DNA of 64,000 nucleotides from Candidatus Poribacteria bacterium. Its GTDB lineage: Bacteria; Poribacteria; WGA-4E; WGA-3G. Position numbers and translations under genes: made by a program. Below are positions 60,378-64,000 of this stretch, piece by piece; positions within the stretch are counted from its first letter, which is position 1, and each line of letters opens with the position of its first letter. The notes below the pieces were generated by a model. It saw nothing but the letters and a program-made list of their open reading frames with translations, was not told where the DNA came from and did no database searches. The DNA lies in contig CAXXLX010000001.1 of NCBI GenBank assembly GCA_963665235.2, positions 4,032,001-4,096,000 on the forward strand, written 5' to 3'.

Positions 60378-62399
60378 CTACTCCGTTAAATCCCAGAGTA
60401 TGACAGTGCTGTCCCGACTTCCACTGGCGAGTGTTTTTCCATCGGAAGAATAGGTGAGGGCACCGACAACGCCAACATGTCCGTTCAAAGTTTTGAGAAG
60501 TTCGCCGGTGGTGGCATTCCAAAAATTGATTTTCTCCCAACCCCCAGTGGCAAGGACATCGTCCTCGGGCGAATACGCTACGGAATTGATAACTTCGGTT
60601 TCTGTCGTAATGGTTTTCAGGAGCTCCCCCGTGGCAACATTCCAAAAATGGATAGCGTTATCGTCCATGTCGTGACTGATCGCAAGCGTTTGTCCATCGG
60701 GTGAATACGCCACAGAATTGATAACTTCGGTTTCTGTCGTAATGGTTTTCAGGAGCTCCCCCGTGGCAACATTCCAAACACGAATCGTGCTATCGGTACC
60801 GCCACTAACAAGGGTTTGTCCGTTCGAAGAGAATGCCACATCGGAAACCCCAGATGTATGTCCCTTCAATGTATTCAAAAGTTCCCCCGTCTGGGGATTC
60901 CACAATCGGATTGTTTTGTCCCAACTGCTGCTAGCGAGGGTTTGTCCATTGGGACTGAAAGCTACGGATGAAGTGCGCTGCGTATGTCCTTCAAGCAAAC
61001 CTTTACGTTCCCAAGTGCTAACATGCCATAACAGAATCGTGTTGTCGCCAGCTCCACACGCGAATGTTGTACCGTCCGGAGAATAGGCCATAGCTGCGGA
61101 ATTTTCAACAAAAAGTGTCTTGAGCAGTTTGTGAGTAGCTATATCCCAAATACGGACGACAGACCAATCTGAGGTTGTTAGTGTTTCCTCATTCGGCCCG
61201 TATATCACATTGCCGATAACATCGCTATATCCGGTGATGGTTTTTTGAGGTGCACCGGTGTCCACATCATAGAAATATATTCCATATCCGGAGGAAGCAG
61301 CAAGCGTACGCCCATCGGGAGAATATCTAAGGGCCCAGACCCTGCCATACTCGCCGCTAGGCATTTCGAGAGTGTGTGATAATTCCCCGGTGTTGGCATC
61401 AAAGCGTAGGACGGTGCCTTCATTGTCGGCACAGGCGTAAGTTCTCCCCATCGGGGAACAGAGAGCAAAATCCAAGGGTTTATCCCATGTGAAAGTTCTG
61501 ATTTTCTCTGTAGTGTCGGCGTTCCACAAACGAACTGTGCCATCGGAACTCGTGATAGCAAGTGTTTTGCTATCTTTTAGAAAATCGATGGAGGAAACAT
61601 TGCTAGGACTGTCGCTTTTGAGTATGTGCAAAAATTCGCCAGTATTGGCATCCCATAGGCAGACATTGTTATCGCCGCCATGCGTAGCAATTCGCTTGCC
61701 ATCCGGTGAATATATTAGGGAATCAATAGAATTCGCATGTGCCGCAAAGGTGAGTTGAAGTTCACCCGTAACAGCGTCCCAAAACCGGATGACCTCATCA
61801 TTTCCAGCACCTGCGATTTTACTGCCATCCGGACTAAACGCTAATATCAGCACCCGATTTGTCTGTTCAGAGAACGTTGCTTTCGATTCACCTGTGGCGA
61901 CATCCCATAATCGGATGTTTCCATCGTCGCCCACTGTAGCAAGCGTTTTGCCATTAGGGCTGAAGACCATGCTATGAACTCGCTCTGTATGTCCAGAGAG
62001 CGTTGCCTTCAGTTCACCCGTGGCGACATCCCATAATTTAATTACAGACAAACCGTCAGGATTCTCACTGACAAGTGTTTTGCCATCGGGACTGAAAACA
62101 ACAGTCCTGACGTAATCTGTATGTCCGGTCAGTAGATGCAGTTCTTCACAGGTTTCGGTATCATAGAGCCAGACCCCGATTGTGCTGGCGACGGCAAGTC
62201 GAGTGCCATCGGGTGAATACGCAAAATCAAAGATATACCCTTTGCCGAAACGGGCATAAGCCCCCTCCGGTAGATAGTTCTTGAGGTAATTTTGTGCAGA
62301 ACTCACAGGTCGCGAGCACAGCTCGCTCCTACAGAGGAAGGGCGACAGCACTATGAACAGTATAAGACATGTGAACAGATTTACATTTCCCACTGCCAA
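60378..62399 (-). CDS. Secreted WD40 repeat protein
   Basis: Hydrophobic N-terminus; LPEGAYARFGKG lead-in; WD40 repeats; GGAGG RBS. Confidence 0.9.
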   Translation of the reverse strand: MAVGNVNLFTCLILFIVLSPFLCRSELCSRPVSSAQNYLKNYLPEGAYARFGKGYIFDFAYSPDGTRLAVASTIGVWLYDTETCEELHLLTGHTDYVRTVVFSPDGKTLVSENPDGLSVIKLWDVATGELKATLSGHTERVHSMVFSPNGKTLATVGDDGNIRLWDVATGESKATFSEQTNRVLILAFSPDGSKIAGAGNDEVIRFWDAVTGELQLTFAAHANSIDSLIYSPDGKRIATHGGDNNVCLWDANTGEFLHILKSDSPSNVSSIDFLKDSKTLAITSSDGTVRLWNADTTEKIRTFTWDKPLDFALCSPMGRTYACADNEGTVLRFDANTGELSHTLEMPSGEYGRVWALRYSPDGRTLAASSGYGIYFYDVDTGAPQKTITGYSDVIGNVIYGPNEETLTTSDWSVVRIWDIATHKLLKTLFVENSAAMAYSPDGTTFACGAGDNTILLWHVSTWERKGLLEGHTQRTSSVAFSPNGQTLASSSWDKTIRLWNPQTGELLNTLKGHTSGVSDVAFSSNGQTLVSGGTDSTIRVWNVATGELLKTITTETEVINSVAYSPDGQTLAISHDMDDNAIHFWNVATGELLKTITTETEVINSVAYSPEDDVLATGGWEKINFWNATTGELLKTLNGHVGVVGALTYSSDGKTLASGSRDSTVILWDLTE

Positions 62400-62460
62400 T
62401 CCTCCTTATTATCAAATTTAAGGTAGTAGATACGCTCCGCCGGGTTTCCGTAACATAAAA

Positions 62461-64000
62461 TCACTTGGTTAAATCCCATAGTATCACAGTGCTATCCCGG
62501 CTGCTGGTGACGAGGGTTTTACTGTCTGAAGAATAGGTGATAGAATAGATAGTCCCTTTATGTCCGGTCAAAGTTTTGAGAAGTTCGCCGGTGGTGGCAT
62601 TCCAAAGACAGGCTTCTCCCTCTAAACCGTCGGTGGCAACGACCTGACCATCGGGTGAATAGACTACAACATAAGCGTGTCTGGCATGTTTATCAGCAAT
62701 GGTTTGCAGGAGCTCTCCCGTGGCAACATCCCAAAAGCGGATATTGTAATCGCTACTGTCTCCGGCGGTTGCAAGCGTTTTTCCATCGGGTGAAAATGCC
62801 ACAGAATTGATAGAATCGGCTTCTGTCGTAATGGTTTTTATGAGCTCCCCCGTGGCAACATTCCAAAACCGAATTGTGCCATCATCATCCCCACTTGCAA
62901 GGGTTTGTCCGTTTGGCGAGAATGCCACATCGGAAACCCCAGATGTATATCCATTGAAGGTTTTTAAGTTTTCGCCTGTGCGGGGATTCCAGAGGCGAAT
63001 CGTTTTGTCCCAACTCCCGCTGGCGAGGGTTTGTCCATCTGGACTAAATGCTACTGAGCTTATCCATTTTGTATGGCCTTTGAGAAGCAGCCTATCTTCC
63101 CATGTGGTGGCATTCCATAAGAGAATTGTTGCGTCCCTTGTTCCACACGCGAGGGTTGCACCGTCCGGAGAATAGGCTATATCTCTTATATAACTTTCAG
63201 TCTGTTCGGTGTGTCCAAACCGACCTACAGTGGAAAGTTTTTTGAGGCGTTGGCCGGTGTGAACATCCCAAATACGCACAATACCACTCCCTTCACTTGC
63301 AAGTGTTTTCTCATCCGGCGCGTATATCGTAGTGCCTAAAACATCAGAATATCCGGTGATGGTATTTTGAAGTGCACCGGTGTTTACACTGTAGAAATAT
63401 ATCTCTGAGCCGCTGGAGACCGCAAGTGTCTGTCCATCGGGAGAATATCTAAGGTCATTAACACTCTTGCGGCCAGGCATGTCGAGGGTATGTAATAACG
63501 TCCCGGTGTTGGCATCAAAGAGTAGTACCGTGCCTTTATTGTCGTCACAGGCGTAAGTTCTACCCATCGGGGAACAGAGGACAGACTCCAAGGGTTTATC
63601 CCAGGTGAAAGTTTCGATTTCCTCTGTGGTGTTGGCGTTCCACAAACGAACTGTGCCATCGGATTCACCGGAACTCGCGATAACAAGCGTTTTGTTATCT
63701 TTTAGAAAATCGATAGAAGAAACATTCGTAGGACTGTTGTCTTTGAGTATGTGCAAAAATTCGCCTGTATTGGCATCCCATAGACAGACGTTGTTATCGC
63801 CGCCATGCGTAGCAATTCGCTTGCCATCCGGTGAATATATTAGGGAATCAATAGAATTCGCATGCGCCGCAAAGGTGAGTTGAAGTTCACTGGTAACAAC
63901 ATCCCACAAACGGATTACTTCATCACCAGCACTTGCAAGCTGACTGCCGTCAGGACTAAAAGACAGCTCCCCGCCTCTGTATCCTGTAAAGGTGGTTTTG
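62461..64000 (-). CDS. WD40 repeat protein, 5' end beyond the window
   Basis: WD40 repeats; close paralog of 60378-62399. Confidence 0.88.
   Translation of the reverse strand, partial: KTTFTGYRGGELSFSPDGSQLASAGDEVIRLWDVVTSELQLTFAAHANSIDSLIYSPDGKRIATHGGDNNVCLWDANTGEFLHILKDNSPTNVSSIDFLKDNKTLVIASSGESDGTVRLWNANTTEEIETFTWDKPLESVLCSPMGRTYACDDNKGTVLLFDANTGTLLHTLDMPGRKSVNDLRYSPDGQTLAVSSGSEIYFYSVNTGALQNTITGYSDVLGTTIYAPDEKTLASEGSGIVRIWDVHTGQRLKKLSTVGRFGHTEQTESYIRDIAYSPDGATLACGTRDATILLWNATTWEDRLLLKGHTKWISSVAFSPDGQTLASGSWDKTIRLWNPRTGENLKTFNGYTSGVSDVAFSPNGQTLASGDDDGTIRFWNVATGELIKTITTEADSINSVAFSPDGKTLATAGDSSDYNIRFWDVATGELLQTIADKHARHAYVVVYSPDGQVVATDGLEGEACLWNATTGELLKTLTGHKGTIYSITYSSDSKTLVTSSRDSTVILWDLTK

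Noticed and set aside
47077-64000. Diversity-generating retroelement acting on the WD40 genes
   Set aside because: No reverse transcriptase in the window, and I saw no non-coding template repeat or adenine-specific mismatch pattern

Overview
Bacterial chromosomal window, roughly 45-50% GC by eye. Gene content suggests Candidatus Poribacteria or a relative (inference): ECF-sigma/WD40 fusions, many WD40 proteins, PhyH-like dioxygenases, a sulfatase, and secreted proteins ending in 'VxPxxKL/VxxxWxxL/IK'. The left part carries envelope, secretion and metabolic genes (MsbA-like ABC exporter, Clp1-like kinase, sppA, sugar transferase, CapD-like protein, GT4, Trm112-like, secA, gnd, HAD hydrolase, dehydrogenases, sulfatase, UbiA/MqnP, ubiX, LarA-like). 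An intact tnpB-only IS200/IS605 element (20066-21477) splits a PD-(D/E)xK-like gene. The right 17 kb is a co-oriented run of seven WD40 genes. Two are fused to membrane-tethered ECF sigma factors and each of these has a matching ECF-type promoter. Intergenic DNA is unusually rich in small repeat elements: several REP-like hairpin families, tandem REP arrays, and a TIR/TSD-bounded MITE present three times that carries 2, 5 or 3 internal REP hairpins. No rRNA, tRNA, CRISPR array, cas gene or reverse transcriptase was recognised. All family assignments come from motif recognition by eye; no database search was run.
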